DNA of 33,697 nt from a virus (IMGVR_UViG_3300044644_000765:1-33697); one strand, 5' to 3'; numbered from the stretch's first letter, positions 6,831 through 14,757 are shown. Numbers and translations: made by a program. The notes: generated by a model from the letters alone, not told the origin.

Positions 6831-7562
6831 ATGGCAGAAGATAAAAAAGGATTTTTATTGTATGCTGATCTAATACATACAATTGAAAAAATGCCAAATG
6901 ATAAGGCTGGTTTATTATTTAAACATATACTAAACTATGTAAATGATTTGAACCCTGTAACAGATGATTTGATAGTTGAATTGACTTTTGAACCAATCAA
7001 ACAACAGTTAAAACGTGATTTATTAAAATACAAAGAAACTAAAATTGACAAAAGCAATGGCGGTAAATTAGGCAATCTTAAAAGGTGGCATAAAGATTTA
7101 CACGATAAAGTTGTTAAAAATGAGTTAGATATAAATGAAGCGTTAGAAATCGCTAACAATCGCAAAACATTGCATACCGATACTATGCAATCGCAACCGA
7201 TCGGACAAATCGCTGTTAATGTAAATGATAATGTAAATGTAAATGATAAAGTAATAAATAATATTAAAGACCGCAAAACAAGTTTTGCTATTTCTTTAGA
7301 GCCTTATTTAGAATTTTATAATAGAGAAATGTTAAACAACTTTTATCTGTACTGGACTGAACATGGTGAAAAAGATAAAAAGATGAGGTATGAAAAAGAA
7401 AAATCATTTGATATAAAATTAAGGTTGCTGAATTGGAGTAAAAGAAGTGAAAGCTTTAAACAAAAAGAATTTAAAAAAGATGTTTTATTTGTAACACCAG
7501 AGGGAATAGAAATCACTGATAAGTTAGCATTACACGTTTACCAACAAACAGGAAAAGTATGA
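6831..7562 (+). CDS. Replication initiator / replisome organizer (DUF6291-like N-terminus)
   Basis: KKGFLLYAD..., GGKLGNLKRW, VNVNDNVNVND linker, FYLYWTE...RLLNW C-terminal domain; upstream of the helicase. Confidence 0.7.
   Translation: MAEDKKGFLLYADLIHTIEKMPNDKAGLLFKHILNYVNDLNPVTDDLIVELTFEPIKQQLKRDLLKYKETKIDKSNGGKLGNLKRWHKDLHDKVVKNELDINEALEIANNRKTLHTDTMQSQPIGQIAVNVNDNVNVNDKVINNIKDRKTSFAISLEPYLEFYNREMLNNFYLYWTEHGEKDKKMRYEKEKSFDIKLRLLNWSKRSESFKQKEFKKDVLFVTPEGIEITDKLALHVYQQTGKV
7148..7265. repeat. Iteron-like repeats and AT-rich tract, candidate origin
   Basis: AATCGC x4 (7148, 7158, 7189, 7208), palindrome ATTGCATA/TATGCAAT, then GTAAATGATA repeats. Confidence 0.5.
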
Positions 7563-8533
7563 TACTTAAAGACGGACATTCAACACAAACTATTTTAGAT
7601 TATAAAAATGGTTTGATGCCTAAAGGACTTGAATTAGGTATTTACTTTGATGAGTTTTTTGTGCATAAGCAAGGACAATTAAATTTTGCTTTAGGACATG
7701 ATAACGTAGGTAAAACTTATTTTATGGAGTGGTATTTTTTAGCACTAGCAACAAATCATAATTTAACTTTTACTTTGTTCATGGATGAAAATCCACCTTA
7801 TAAAGTGCTTAGAGATATGCTTAAAATGTATTTAGCAAAACCACTAGAGCAAATGAGTGAATTAGAAATTAAAAGAGGTTTAATTAAATTAGAGCATCAT
7901 TTTAAGTTTGTAGACAATACCAAAAGGTACACACCAGAAGAGCTTTTAAACGTATTTAATGAAACTAATACAGATGTTTATTTAATAGATCCTTTTAACG
8001 CTTTAAAATCCTCAATGACTTATGCAGGTAATTACGATGTATTAAACGAATTAAAAATGTTTTGTAAAAAAACAGGTAAAACTATTTACATAAACGCTCA
8101 TCCGTCAACTGCTGCAGGTCGTAAACAATCTGTATATCCAAAAAATCACACGTGGGAGGGTCATATAATGTTTCCTTTTAAGGATGATATTGAAGGAGGT
8201 AAACCATTTTCAAATAAAGCAGATGATTTTATAATTATCCACCGTTTTAATGGACATGAAAATTTAAGGTTTACAACACTAGTAGAAGTTAAAAAAATAA
8301 AAGATACTGATACAGGTGGAAGACAAACTCTAAATGAACAGCCTATTATGTTTGATTATAATTATGGTTATGGGTTTAAATGTGGTGGTAAAGACGTTAT
8401 TAAAAGACCTAAACACGTGCAAACAGATGCTTTTATACCAAAAGAAGAACCGATAAAACCAGCTAATCTAATGAATATAGGAAGGGAAGTAAACGAATTT
8501 AAACCACTAGAAGACAAAGATTGTCCTTTTTAA
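7559..8533 (+). CDS. DnaB/RecA-family replicative helicase
   Basis: Walker A GHDNVGKT, Walker B YLIDPFN, AHP, NKADDFIIIHR. Confidence 0.85.
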   Translation: MILKDGHSTQTILDYKNGLMPKGLELGIYFDEFFVHKQGQLNFALGHDNVGKTYFMEWYFLALATNHNLTFTLFMDENPPYKVLRDMLKMYLAKPLEQMSELEIKRGLIKLEHHFKFVDNTKRYTPEELLNVFNETNTDVYLIDPFNALKSSMTYAGNYDVLNELKMFCKKTGKTIYINAHPSTAAGRKQSVYPKNHTWEGHIMFPFKDDIEGGKPFSNKADDFIIIHRFNGHENLRFTTLVEVKKIKDTDTGGRQTLNEQPIMFDYNYGYGFKCGGKDVIKRPKHVQTDAFIPKEEPIKPANLMNIGREVNEFKPLEDKDCPF

Positions 8534-8535
8534 TT

Positions 8536-8901
8536 ATGAAAGAACTAGATTTAATATTGAGCCAACAAAGGCTATTGAAAAATATCATTAAGATTCAAAA
8601 CTCTGTTCAAGATATAGAACTAAAGCATAAAGATCGAAAAGATTTAATCGACTCGATGAATGAAAGCATTTACGAACTTACGGACGTTTTAAAAGATTTT
8701 AGGAATTTAGAACAAAACTTTAAAACAGTCTCTTTAATGAACGATAAAGTTAATGAACGGTATTATATACTAAAAAGAGAATATAATTCACTAGAAGCCG
8801 CTAAAACGTCAAATATCGATAATGAAACTTATATCTTATCTTTGGAAAGTGAGAATAGGGAATTGAAAAATAAATTAGATATTTTAATAAAAGAATTATA
8901 A
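8536..8901 (+). CDS. Coiled-coil hypothetical protein
   Basis: Heptad-rich; ATG 8536 follows the helicase stop (track start 8521 is TTG). Confidence 0.65.
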   Translation: MKELDLILSQQRLLKNIIKIQNSVQDIELKHKDRKDLIDSMNESIYELTDVLKDFRNLEQNFKTVSLMNDKVNERYYILKREYNSLEAAKTSNIDNETYILSLESENRELKNKLDILIKEL

Positions 8902-8903
8902 AA

Positions 8904-8935
8904 GTAACTTATATTAAAAATAAAAGTTATATTTG
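8904..8935 (+). promoter_or_regulatory. -7 box overlapped by inverted repeat
   Basis: GTAACTT 8904-8910 / AAGTTAT 8924-8930; TATATTTG 8928-8935. Confidence 0.7.
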
Positions 8936-8957
8936 TAGAAATTTAAAACTAAAAGTT

Positions 8958-9119
8958 ATGAAAGTAGTAGTAAACAACATTGCAAAAGATAAAGCAAAAA
9001 AAGTAATGGATGCTTTATTTGAATGTATGAATGATAAAAGTTTATCAAAAGAAGAAAGAAAACAATACTATCAAGATTACTTGGAGGTTTCAGCTAATTA
9101 TTTAATACTTTGCAGATAA
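8958..9119 (+). CDS. Small hypothetical protein (53 aa, not in track)
   Basis: MKVVVNNIAKDKAKKVMDALFECM...; follows the promoter; TAATG coupling to next ORF. Confidence 0.6.
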   Translation: MKVVVNNIAKDKAKKVMDALFECMNDKSLSKEERKQYYQDYLEVSANYLILCR

Positions 9120-9358
9120 TGGAAAAGAAAATAATTAAGGGTTTAAGACTGGGGTTAGGGAGTCAAGGAATATGGACTCCTGAGTTAGAAGAAATTATTT
9201 TAAAAGAAATAATGATACAAATAAATAAAAATGAAATGTTAGATGAAATAATCGAACAAATGATTAAAAAAGGATATGGTGAAAACTTTATGAATGGAGA
9301 TTTAGTGGTAGCAATGATTAAAGATGTGTTAGAAATCATAGAAAAGAATAAGATATGA
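9119..9358 (+). CDS. Hypothetical protein
   Basis: ATG 9119 overlaps the upstream stop. Confidence 0.6.
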   Translation: MEKKIIKGLRLGLGSQGIWTPELEEIILKEIMIQINKNEMLDEIIEQMIKKGYGENFMNGDLVVAMIKDVLEIIEKNKI

Positions 9359-9615
9359 CAGCAGTAGAATTTTTAGAAAACAAATTAAATGATAGGTTAA
9401 ATCATTTAGTTAACCATAGAATACATATAAAAGAATTTGTTAGAACGGCAAAATGTGCAGAAATTCGCAAAATTTTAGAGGTAATTCATATAGCAGAAGA
9501 AATGGAATTAAAAGAAAAAGCAAAAAAAGAATTATTTATAGGGAAAGTTTCAGAGATAATTGGAGCAGAGAAAACAATAGAGTTATTAAAAGAAGTAAAC
9601 AACGAAATAAAATGA
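9355..9615 (+). CDS. Hypothetical protein (MTAVEFL type)
   Basis: 86 aa coupled ORF. Confidence 0.65.
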   Translation: MTAVEFLENKLNDRLNHLVNHRIHIKEFVRTAKCAEIRKILEVIHIAEEMELKEKAKKELFIGKVSEIIGAEKTIELLKEVNNEIK

Positions 9616-9773
9616 GAATAGAATTTGAAGGTATATTAAAACACAACGGCGAAGTGATTCAAAGTAATTGCATTATTCAAAAAGTAATGATGGACGGTTT
9701 ACATATATTATTATCGGTAAATGGAAGATGGGCAAGAATATATAATGAATCTTTAAAAATAAAAATGTTATGA
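9612..9773 (+). CDS. Small hypothetical protein (start moved to 9612)
   Basis: ATG 9612 overlaps the end of the previous ORF; the 5' extension in the track is shadow sequence. Confidence 0.55.
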   Translation: MRIEFEGILKHNGEVIQSNCIIQKVMMDGLHILLSVNGRWARIYNESLKIKML

Positions 9774-10057
9774 TTAATAAAGAGATTAAAGAGAATGTGA
9801 CTTATTTACTAAGAAACTTTCCAGAGACGAGAGATTGTGATTTGCGCCTAGTTGCAAGATACTGGAATGAATTTGACAACTGTCACGTAGATATATCAAT
9901 AAACCAAATATACAACGGTCACGTAACACACTTTGAATCAATACGTAGAATGAGACAACGTTTACAGGAAACAAATGAAGATTTGAGAGGGTTAAGGTAT
10001 AAGACTAGAAAAAACAAGTTAGAGAAAGAGGTTCGTGAATTAATTAAAAATGATTAA
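9770..10057 (+). CDS. Hypothetical protein, possible DNA binding
   Basis: PETRDCDLRL...ESIRRMRQRLQE pattern. Confidence 0.65.
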   Translation: MINKEIKENVTYLLRNFPETRDCDLRLVARYWNEFDNCHVDISINQIYNGHVTHFESIRRMRQRLQETNEDLRGLRYKTRKNKLEKEVRELIKND

Positions 10058-10250
10058 GAAGATACACCTACTTTTTAAACGCTTAGATAAACTCTTTGAA
10101 CTTCCAAAAGGTACAAGTAAGATTGAAGTAAAAAAGCATTTAAAGATTGAAAGTATTAAAGATTTAAACCACGAAGATTTAAGTTATCTTTTAAGATTTA
10201 TAGATAACATATTTTTAGAACATAATATTGATATTGATGAACACAAATAG
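10050..10250 (+). CDS. Hypothetical protein
   Basis: 66 aa, upstream of NinG. Confidence 0.6.
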   Translation: MIKKIHLLFKRLDKLFELPKGTSKIEVKKHLKIESIKDLNHEDLSYLLRFIDNIFLEHNIDIDEHK

Positions 10251-10803
10251 AAAGATAAAACAAAAGAAGTGTAAATACTGCGAGACTCTTTTTTATCCTT
10301 TTAAAACCACTCAAGTGGTATGTAACCACCACTGCGCTCAATTGTATGCAGAAGAAAAAAGAAAAAAAGACGAACAAAAAGAGTGGAATAAGGAAAAAAA
10401 AGAACGCAAAGAAAACCTAATGACTTTAAGCGAATGGACAAAGATTGCTCAAGGTCATTTTAATCACTTTATAAGGTTAAGAGATAAAGGGAAGCCTTGT
10501 ATAAGTTGTGATAAAGTTTTTTCAAAAGATGAGATAGTACACGCTTCACATTATAAACCTGCTGGAACTTGTCAAAATGTTAGATTTAATGAAGATAATG
10601 TTTGGGTGTCTTGTGTTAAATGTAATACTCATTTATCTGGTAACCCTAGCGAGTACCGTGAAAGATTAGTAAAAAATATAGGGCTTGAAAGAGTTGAGTA
10701 TATTGAAAGCATAGCAAATGAAACTAGAAAGTTTACTATTCCAGAGGTTAAAGAGATAATTGAGATTTACAAAGAGAAAGTTAAAACATTAAAAAATTAT
10801 TAA
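10237..10803 (+). CDS. ninG: NinG/Rap-like recombination endonuclease
   Basis: CKYC..CNHHC, FNHFIRLRD..PCISC, HASHY, RFNEDNVWVSCVKCN, YRERLVKNIG. Confidence 0.85.
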   Translation: MNTNRKIKQKKCKYCETLFYPFKTTQVVCNHHCAQLYAEEKRKKDEQKEWNKEKKERKENLMTLSEWTKIAQGHFNHFIRLRDKGKPCISCDKVFSKDEIVHASHYKPAGTCQNVRFNEDNVWVSCVKCNTHLSGNPSEYRERLVKNIGLERVEYIESIANETRKFTIPEVKEIIEIYKEKVKTLKNY

Positions 10804-10807
10804 AAAG

Positions 10808-10849
10808 ATAACTTTTATTTTGTAGATAAGTTATTTATTATTATCTTTG
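10808..10849 (+). promoter_or_regulatory. Bacteroidota promoter with perfect 7-bp inverted repeat
   Basis: TTTG ending 10822, 19 nt spacer, TATCTTTG 10842-10849; ATAACTT-N13-AAGTTAT. Confidence 0.8.
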
Positions 10850-10873
10850 AATATAATTTAAAAATAAAGAAAG

Positions 10874-11389
10874 ATGAAAATTTACGAAAAGTTACTGAAT
10901 GCTAAAAAAAGCATTGGTAAAGTTCACAAGAACGCAAAGAACCCACACTTTAAAAACAATTATGCTGATATAAATGCATTGATTGAAGCGGTTGAACCTA
11001 TCTTATTGGAAAATGGTTTAGTGTTATTACAGCCTGTTTTAAACGGCAAAGTGATCACTAGGATAGTGGATGTTGAAACAGGTGAAAATGTTGAGTCAAT
11101 TATGGAGTTACCAACTTTAACAAATCCACAACAGATGGGTAGTGCAATTACTTACTATCGTAGATACACTTTACAAAGTCTTTTAAGTTTACAAGCGGAT
11201 GATGATGATGGGAATGCAGCTAGTAAACCACAAACTAAAGCAAAGCCAACATTAAACGATAAAGGGTTTTCACAAGCTATTGAAAGAATTTTAAACGGTG
11301 AAATCGAGTTAGTAGATAAGATCAAGCAAACATTCACACTAACGCCACAACAAGAAGTAGAACTTAATGAAGTGTTAAATGGAAGATAA
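10874..11389 (+). CDS. erf: ERF-family ssDNA annealing protein
   Basis: KNPHFKNNYAD, PQQMGSAITYYRRYTL, DDDGN. Confidence 0.9.
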   Translation: MKIYEKLLNAKKSIGKVHKNAKNPHFKNNYADINALIEAVEPILLENGLVLLQPVLNGKVITRIVDVETGENVESIMELPTLTNPQQMGSAITYYRRYTLQSLLSLQADDDDGNAASKPQTKAKPTLNDKGFSQAIERILNGEIELVDKIKQTFTLTPQQEVELNEVLNGR

Positions 11390-11531
11390 TTTGTATAAAA
11401 TTCCTGAATTTACCGAGATGGTAATCAGCATAATTGAAGTAGACGAGCTTGAAATGTTTAGTAAGGATTTTGTTTTATACTTACTAAATGAGATAAAGAA
11501 AAATGAACTATTAAGAATAGAAAGGATATGA
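11379..11531 (+). CDS. Small hypothetical protein (50 aa, not in track)
   Basis: MEDNLYKIPEFTEMVIS...; bridges erf and the exonuclease with an ATGA overlap. Confidence 0.55.
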   Translation: MEDNLYKIPEFTEMVISIIEVDELEMFSKDFVLYLLNEIKKNELLRIERI

Positions 11532-12157
11532 AAATAAGATGTTCAAGTTTACCAAAGATAATGACTAACTCCCGTACAAAAGACGGGGGTTTATCTGAGA
11601 CCGCTAAATCTGAAATGATTAAAATAGCAAAGGAGGATTTCTATGGGTACAGCTCGCAAATGAGTAATAAATACGTCGAAAAGGGTATCGAAGTAGAGGA
11701 TAAATCAATCGAGCTATTAAGTTTAGTTAAGTTTGGTCAATACACAAAAAACAAGGTTAGAGTAAATAACGATTTTCTAACAGGTGAGTGTGATATTAAC
11801 GATGAGGTGAACGATGAAATAATAGATATTAAATCTTCATGGAGTTTAGAAACATTCCCAGCATTACCTAGTGATATAAACATCAAAGATTATGAAATGC
11901 AATTACGTGGTTACATGATGTTATACAACCGTTCAAAAGCAAGTGTATGCTATTGTATGGTGTCAACTCCAGAGGGACTAACGATGTATGAAAATAAGCT
12001 GTTGCATGAAGTTGACCACATAGACCCATTTGCACGTGTAACCATGTTAACAATTGAAAGAGATTTAGAAATAGAGAAACAAATAGAAGAGCGTTGCAAA
12101 CTAGCGATTGAGTTCTATTATGATTATATTAGACAATTATCAAATAAAAACGTATGA
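11528..12157 (+). CDS. YqaJ/lambda-exo-like PD-(D/E)xK exonuclease
   Basis: RCSSL, KGIEVE, GECD...IIDIKSSW, YEMQLRGYM. Confidence 0.85.
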   Translation: MKIRCSSLPKIMTNSRTKDGGLSETAKSEMIKIAKEDFYGYSSQMSNKYVEKGIEVEDKSIELLSLVKFGQYTKNKVRVNNDFLTGECDINDEVNDEIIDIKSSWSLETFPALPSDINIKDYEMQLRGYMMLYNRSKASVCYCMVSTPEGLTMYENKLLHEVDHIDPFARVTMLTIERDLEIEKQIEERCKLAIEFYYDYIRQLSNKNV

Positions 12158-12471
12158 AAACAATAATAGCAGCAATGTGTTTCTTTTGCCTTTGTTCATT
12201 TAAAGCGTCGTATTACAGTGATGCATTCCACGGACGTAAAACAGCAAGCGGAGTAATATACGATAAGAACAAATTAACGTGTGCATCAAACACTCACAAG
12301 TTAGGGGCTAAGCTAAAAGTAACCAATACGCAAAACAATAAATCTGTAATAGTTACAGTAACTGATCGAGGTGGATTTAGTAAAGTTACCCTAGACTTAT
12401 CAAAGAAAGCATTTAGTACAATAGCTGAATTAAAAAAAGGAATAATTAACGTAACAATAAAAGAATTATGA
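12154..12471 (+). CDS. rlpA: RlpA-like double-psi beta-barrel lytic transglycosylase
   Basis: ASYY..FHGRKTASG, TCAS, VTVTDRGG, LDLSKKAF; short signal-like N-terminus. Confidence 0.85.
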   Translation: MKTIIAAMCFFCLCSFKASYYSDAFHGRKTASGVIYDKNKLTCASNTHKLGAKLKVTNTQNNKSVIVTVTDRGGFSKVTLDLSKKAFSTIAELKKGIINVTIKEL

Positions 12472-13109
12472 AAGTAGAATTAATTTCGGTATTTGGAAGT
12501 GATACTATGGTTGTTGACACAGCTCGTGTGTCGTATTCAAAAGAAGCATCTAATTATACAGAAGAACAAAATGAGAAGTTGATTAATTTCTTATCAAAGC
12601 ACAATCATTGGAGTCCATTCAGTCACCCTAAAGTACAATTTAGATTGCAAATCCCTATCTATGTTGAACGTCAATTGATTAAAACACAAGCAGGTGTCGA
12701 GTATAACTCGGTAAGTGGTCGTTATGTCGATTTTTCAGATACATATACAACTATTAAAGAGTGGCGTAAACAATCAAAAGATAGCAAACAAGGAAGTGAG
12801 GGTACATTTGATAATGAAATTAATGAAAGACTTAATTTGATTCAAAATGAAATAATTTCAACATGTAGAATTGCTTATGATTCAATGATTGCAGCTGGTG
12901 TAAGTAAAGAACAAGCGAGAACAATATTACCACTGAATTTAAACACCACTATGATATGGACTGGATCACTTTACTCATTCATAAGATTATGTAAGCAGAG
13001 GTTAAAAAAAGACGCACAACAAGAAACAAGGGAGGTAGTTGAATTAATGTTACAACAGGTTAAAGAAAATGGAAGTTTTGAACAATCATTAAAAGCATTT
13101 GAATTATGA
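12468..13109 (+). CDS. thyX: Flavin-dependent thymidylate synthase
   Basis: ARVSY, HWSPFSH, RQL...NSVSGRYV, GVSKEQARTILP, R...DAQQETR. Confidence 0.9.
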   Translation: MKVELISVFGSDTMVVDTARVSYSKEASNYTEEQNEKLINFLSKHNHWSPFSHPKVQFRLQIPIYVERQLIKTQAGVEYNSVSGRYVDFSDTYTTIKEWRKQSKDSKQGSEGTFDNEINERLNLIQNEIISTCRIAYDSMIAAGVSKEQARTILPLNLNTTMIWTGSLYSFIRLCKQRLKKDAQQETREVVELMLQQVKENGSFEQSLKAFEL

Positions 13110-13303
13110 AACCACAAGAAAAGGCTAAACTACTACTTGTGCATTTTTTAAATACGCATTATAATATGCGTAAAGATATAGCCAAACAATGTGCATTAAT
13201 TGCAGTTGATGAGATAATTTTAGAAATGCCACTTATTATAGGTGAAAGAAACGTTAAAAGAACATTTTGGCAAGAAGTTAAAAAAGAATTAGAAAAATTA
13301 TAA
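13106..13303 (+). CDS. Hypothetical protein, paralog family A (copy 2)
   Basis: AKQCALIAVDEIILEMP...FWQEVKKELEKL. Confidence 0.8.
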   Translation: MKPQEKAKLLLVHFLNTHYNMRKDIAKQCALIAVDEIILEMPLIIGERNVKRTFWQEVKKELEKL

Positions 13304-13316
13304 AATCATTTGAATT

Positions 13317-13685
13317 ATGACAATAAGAGAATTACAAAAGAAAGTACACGAGAACGCAATGGATAAAGGATTTTGGGACACTCCACACAATTTCGGAACT
13401 GATTTAATGCTAGTGGTATCTGAATTAGGGGAATGTGTAGAAGCTCACAGGTGCGGTGAATTTGCAAACATGGAAGCCTTTAACGAGTTGATGGTAAATG
13501 AAACGTACGACTTTGAAACGTGCTTTAAACGTGAGATAAAAGATAGTGTTGAAGATGAGTTAGCGGATGCATTGATAAGGATCTTAGACATTGCAGAGGG
13601 TTACTCAATAGATCTTGAAAAACATATAGAGTTAAAAATGGAATACAATGAGAAACGCCAAAGATTACACGGGAAGAAGTACTAA
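13317..13685 (+). CDS. MazG-like NTP pyrophosphohydrolase
   Basis: KGFW, LVVSELGECVEAHR, EDELADALIRILD, KMEYN..R..LHGKKY. Confidence 0.85.
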   Translation: MTIRELQKKVHENAMDKGFWDTPHNFGTDLMLVVSELGECVEAHRCGEFANMEAFNELMVNETYDFETCFKREIKDSVEDELADALIRILDIAEGYSIDLEKHIELKMEYNEKRQRLHGKKY

Positions 13686-13783
13686 GTTTTCAAAAAGAGA
13701 ACTAAGGCTCAAAAGAGTAAAATTAAGAGGTAACAAATGCCACTTTAGAAGTCAAATAAATAAACAATTAAATAATAACAACG

Positions 13784-13963
13784 ATGACAACAACTGAAAA
13801 GATTAAAGAGCTACAAAGTAAGCTAACAGGGGATTTAATGAATGATTGTGAAACTCATAACGAAATCTATAAGTTAAAGATTGAACTTGCAAAAGAACAA
13901 GGGATAACAATAGAGCAGTATGAAGAAGATAACAGAGGGGAATGCGAAGCCTGTGGAGCTTAA
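13784..13963 (+). CDS. Small protein with C-terminal CEACGA motif (59 aa, not in track)
   Basis: MTTTEKIKELQSKLTGDLMND...GECEACGA. Confidence 0.65.
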   Translation: MTTTEKIKELQSKLTGDLMNDCETHNEIYKLKIELAKEQGITIEQYEEDNRGECEACGA

Positions 13964-14041
13964 TTACTTATAACGTTTACAGCTATACGTCAGGTTTTGT
14001 TTTTCACAAAACTTGCGTATAGGTGGTGTTATAAGCCGTTT
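13962..14041. mobile_element. attC-like hairpin site 1
   Basis: CTTATAAC...CTATACG-T-CAGGTTTTGT/ACAAAACTTG-CGTATAG...GTTATAAG, with one extrahelical base and an unpaired spacer. Confidence 0.6.
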
Positions 14042-14068
14042 ATTATTAATAAATAAAATAGAAATAGA

Positions 14069-14338
14069 ATGACAAATACAGAAAAAAAAGCAAATGAACT
14101 TATTGAAAGTTTTTACTTATGTATGCCTTTCAAAGATGTAAAATTAACCGCCTGTGCAGAAAGACCAGATTTGATAATTAAGATGGAAAAACTTTCAGCA
14201 AAGCAATGTGCAATAATTGCCGTTGATGAAATATTAGCCAACATTGATGCTACTATTTTCTACCACAAAGAAAGTATTGCTTTGCCTTTCAATAAGGAAT
14301 ATTGGTTAGAAGTACGGTCTGCCTTAAATGGCTTATAA
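14069..14338 (+). CDS. Cassette-borne hypothetical protein, paralog family A (copy 3)
   Basis: MTNTEKKANELI...AKQCAIIAVDEIL...YWLEVR; stop codon inside TAAC of hairpin 2. Confidence 0.8.
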   Translation: MTNTEKKANELIESFYLCMPFKDVKLTACAERPDLIIKMEKLSAKQCAIIAVDEILANIDATIFYHKESIALPFNKEYWLEVRSALNGL

Positions 14339-14390
14339 CAAAGAAATAAGCAATCGGTTTAATGTTGCTTATGGAATGTTATGAGTAGTT
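14326..14390. mobile_element. attC-like hairpin site 2
   Basis: CTTATAAC-N6-ATAAGCAA/TTGCTTAT-N5-GTTATGAG. Confidence 0.6.
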
Positions 14391-14423
14391 AAAAAAAGTA
14401 ATTAATTAATAAAAACAAATAAT

Positions 14424-14747
14424 ATGAGTACAGAAGTAAAAGGAACGATTAAAGAAATCAGACCAACACAAGTAGTAAGTGAGAAATACAAAAAAAGAGA
14501 ATTTATACTAACCACGGAAGAAAAATACCCACAAGATGTATTATTCCAATTGTCACAAGATAATTGTGATCTAGTAAATATCTTTAAAGACGGGGATAAG
14601 GTAGTGTTAGCCTATAATCTAAGAGGTAAAGGATGGATCAACCCACAGGGTGAAACAAAGTATTTTAACACCTTAGAAGTGTGGAAAATGAATTACCAAG
14701 ACGAAACAATTAAACAAGTAGAAGAGGAATCTGATCTTATGTTTTAA
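14424..14747 (+). CDS. DUF3127-family putative ssDNA-binding protein
   Basis: KKREFIL..EKYPQ, NLRGKGW, YFNTLEVWK; acidic tail ending DLMF. Confidence 0.85.
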   Translation: MSTEVKGTIKEIRPTQVVSEKYKKREFILTTEEKYPQDVLFQLSQDNCDLVNIFKDGDKVVLAYNLRGKGWINPQGETKYFNTLEVWKMNYQDETIKQVEEESDLMF

Positions 14748-14757
14748 AATAAATTAG

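Noticed and set aside
9453-9611. N-terminal half of the 106-aa track ORF
   Set aside because: Overlaps 9355-9615 out of frame; ATG 9612 is the more plausible start
3120-13301. DGR template/variable repeat pair
   Set aside because: Both copies are coding, mismatches are not adenine-specific, and no reverse transcriptase is present
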